Assembly: GCA_965218095.1 (NCBI GenBank)
Contig: OZ244587.1
Coordinates: 6,048,001 to 6,112,000, forward strand
Length of the DNA stretch: 64,000 nucleotides
Source: Candidatus Poribacteria bacterium
GTDB taxonomy: Bacteria; Poribacteria; WGA-4E; PCPOR2b
Reading direction: 5' to 3'
In this document: piece by piece, positions 61,991-64,000 of the stretch
Layout: the number at the start of each line of letters is the position of its first letter
Position numbering within the stretch: position 1 is the first letter of the stretch
The notes under the pieces: model-generated
The model's database searches: none
What the model was told of the DNA's origin: nothing
Seen by the model: only the letters and a program-made list of their open reading frames with translations
Program-made: the position numbers and the translations under genes

Positions 61991-62983
61991 TTATTGACCC
62001 TCGCCAGCCATGTCATCCATGCCAGCGGCAGCTAGGCTAAGCATCAGCGCTTGGATGGTAAAGACACTGTCCATGCCGGGTATAGGGTCCACGCCGGCCG
62101 TAGCGTGGCAGCCGTGACAACCTGCTTGACTGTTACCCTCGTTGTATAGCCACCCGTTCTCTGCATCATACATCGAATCGTCAGTTTTCTCCATTCTCTC
62201 GGTTTTCGCGACAGCGGTGTTAGTGGCATCCATGATATCCTTGACAACTATAGTCCCGACAGGGAAAGTAGTCATCCCATCTTGCAACGCCATAACCCCG
62301 ACATCGTTGATGTAAATGGTGCGGGCGTTCTGACCGTGTACTACACCGGAGCCAATAGCGGTGGGAAGAGTAGCACTCAGCCACGAGGTGTAGTCGGCCA
62401 TCATGTCGTCGGTCATCATACCGTCGTCAGTCGTCATACCGTCATCGGTCGTCGTGGCATCCATCGAGAAATCGACGAAGACACTGTCCATGGGGGCTGC
62501 AGTGTGACAGGCATGACACCCTTCGGCTGCGTCTGGGAGTCCATCCCCCTTAACCTGCATGTAGTCAGTGTTTTCATCAGGGCGAGCATATTTCTTGTAT
62601 GTCCACCCGTTATGGCGCGAATCGTCCGTTTTCATCATTGTCGCGACTTTCTGGACAAACGTGTTCGCGTCATCCATGATTTCCTTGACAATTATAGTCC
62701 CGGCGGGGTAAGCGGTCATGTTTTCATCTTCCAACGCCATAGCCCCAACGTCATTTATGTAAACGGTACGGGCACCCTCGCCGTGTACTCCACCGGTGCC
62801 CGTAGGTCCGGGATAGGAAACCTTCGGCAGCCACGAGGTATACATTGAGATGTACATTGGCAGACCCATCATCATATCCTCCTCCGGCATTGGCGGTGCT
62901 AACATGTCCTGTAGCATATCGCAGGAGATGAAGACAAAGCAACCGATTAAAAGGGCGATCAGACCCACCTGAAATTTTAACAT
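61991..62983 (-). CDS. Tandem cytochrome P460-like di-heme lipoprotein
   Basis: FISC lipobox; two repeats of (Y/F)P.GTI.VK..M.K..GW.Y..CxxCH (CHACH, CHGCH). Confidence 0.82.
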   Translation of the reverse strand: MLKFQVGLIALLIGCFVFISCDMLQDMLAPPMPEEDMMMGLPMYISMYTSWLPKVSYPGPTGTGGVHGEGARTVYINDVGAMALEDENMTAYPAGTIIVKEIMDDANTFVQKVATMMKTDDSRHNGWTYKKYARPDENTDYMQVKGDGLPDAAEGCHACHTAAPMDSVFVDFSMDATTTDDGMTTDDGMMTDDMMADYTSWLSATLPTAIGSGVVHGQNARTIYINDVGVMALQDGMTTFPVGTIVVKDIMDATNTAVAKTERMEKTDDSMYDAENGWLYNEGNSQAGCHGCHATAGVDPIPGMDSVFTIQALMLSLAAAGMDDMAGEGQ

Positions 62984-63364
62984 TGTTAACACTCCTTATT
63001 TTAAGATGTGTTTCGTAGCAAGTTTTGGAAACTTGTAAGCTACGTCAAAAGGTAATGACAAGATACTAATCTATTGGTGCATAGGCGCAATGAATCGCGT
63101 TCCTTTCAGCAAAAGATAGGCACTCGCCAGATTTATATTCTACATAACTTCGTTGTCAATATACCATATTCCGATTTAACCTTCAACGATTTTTTTGCAA
63201 GTAGGTTGATACTTCGCTGTAGAAATTTGGGAAATGCTGTAATTATCGCTTTATCTGCCAAAAAAACAGAACTAGATTTCCTGCTTTGTTCTTTTAATTT
63301 TTATCGGAAACTTACCTGTGAAAAGCGAAACGTAGATGGAGCTAGCAGCCCTGGGAACACATTT

Positions 63365-64000
63365 CTATTTTTTCACCGCGCCAAATGTGACGCCGCGTAG
63401 CAGGTGCCCCCGCATCAGAAAGGTAAAAATCGCAACGGGTAAGAGGAAGACAAAGGTCGCAGCTGCGATTTTTCCCCAATCGACGCCGCTAGAGCCGATT
63501 GCGCTCGTGATCGAAGGCGGGGCGGTCACTGCTTTGCCGCCGACTTCGGTCAACACCAGCGCAAACGCGAACTCATTCCACGCGGTGATTAAACAGAAAA
63601 CGGCTGTCGCAGCGATGCCTGTCACCGACTGCGGGAGAACGACTTTGATGAAGGTCTGGAAGCGGGTGTAGCCATCAACAAGGGCAGCGTCTTCGTACTC
63701 TCCCGGGATTTCGTCAATGAAGCCTTTCATGAGCCAGACCGCGAAAGATACGTTGAAGGTTGTATAGAGCAGGATGAGTCCAAGGTGGGTATCGCGCAGT
63801 CCGAGTGCGCTGTACATCAAGTAGATTGGGATGACAACGACGACGGGGGGAAGCATGCGCGTGCTGAGGATAAAAAAGAGAAGATCTTCCTTGCCTACCA
63901 CTTTGAAGCGTGAAAACGCATAGGCAGATAGTGTTCCAAGCCCAATGGCGAGGACGGTGCTGCCGAACCCAATGATGATGCTATTCAGCAGTTGGTGAAA
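63365..64000 (-). CDS. Carbohydrate ABC transporter permease (5' end beyond the window)
   Basis: EDAALVDG, WNEF and STRMLPP motifs. Confidence 0.92.
   Translation of the reverse strand, partial: FHQLLNSIIIGFGSTVLAIGLGTLSAYAFSRFKVVGKEDLLFFILSTRMLPPVVVVIPIYLMYSALGLRDTHLGLILLYTTFNVSFAVWLMKGFIDEIPGEYEDAALVDGYTRFQTFIKVVLPQSVTGIAATAVFCLITAWNEFAFALVLTEVGGKAVTAPPSITSAIGSSGVDWGKIAAATFVFLLPVAIFTFLMRGHLLRGVTFGAVKK

Overview
This is a bacterial chromosome window of mixed GC content. Gene content (PhyH dioxygenase, internalin-type LRR, TPR and Ig-like lipoproteins, many carbohydrate/redox enzymes) resembles Candidatus Poribacteria or a similar host-associated lineage; that assignment is inference only. 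Housekeeping genes (mutS, dnaJ, moaC, a Grx-trxB fusion, miaA, bioA, asd, an SbcC-like ATPase, a sugar ABC transporter) are interleaved with many pseudogenes and IS elements: IS3, IS1595, 2x IS982, 2x IS5, IS630, IS4-like and IS200/IS605 remnants, plus MITEs/REPs. The most striking feature is a 2.2-kb IS1595 element (8-bp TSD) that splits xylB. It carries four antisense passenger ORFs in a dense hairpin array, with translation starts sequestered by complementary sequence and a 22-bp duplication of the transposase 3' end. Other notable items are a 7Fe-ferredoxin/TM/Hsp20-like fusion, a tandem cytochrome P460 lipoprotein, a diverged duplicate of a gene's 3' end 41 kb away, in-frame palindromic insertions in CDSs, a decayed AhpD-like selenoprotein, and defective IS982 copies apparently mobilised in trans. 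No rRNA, tRNA or CRISPR array was recognised.
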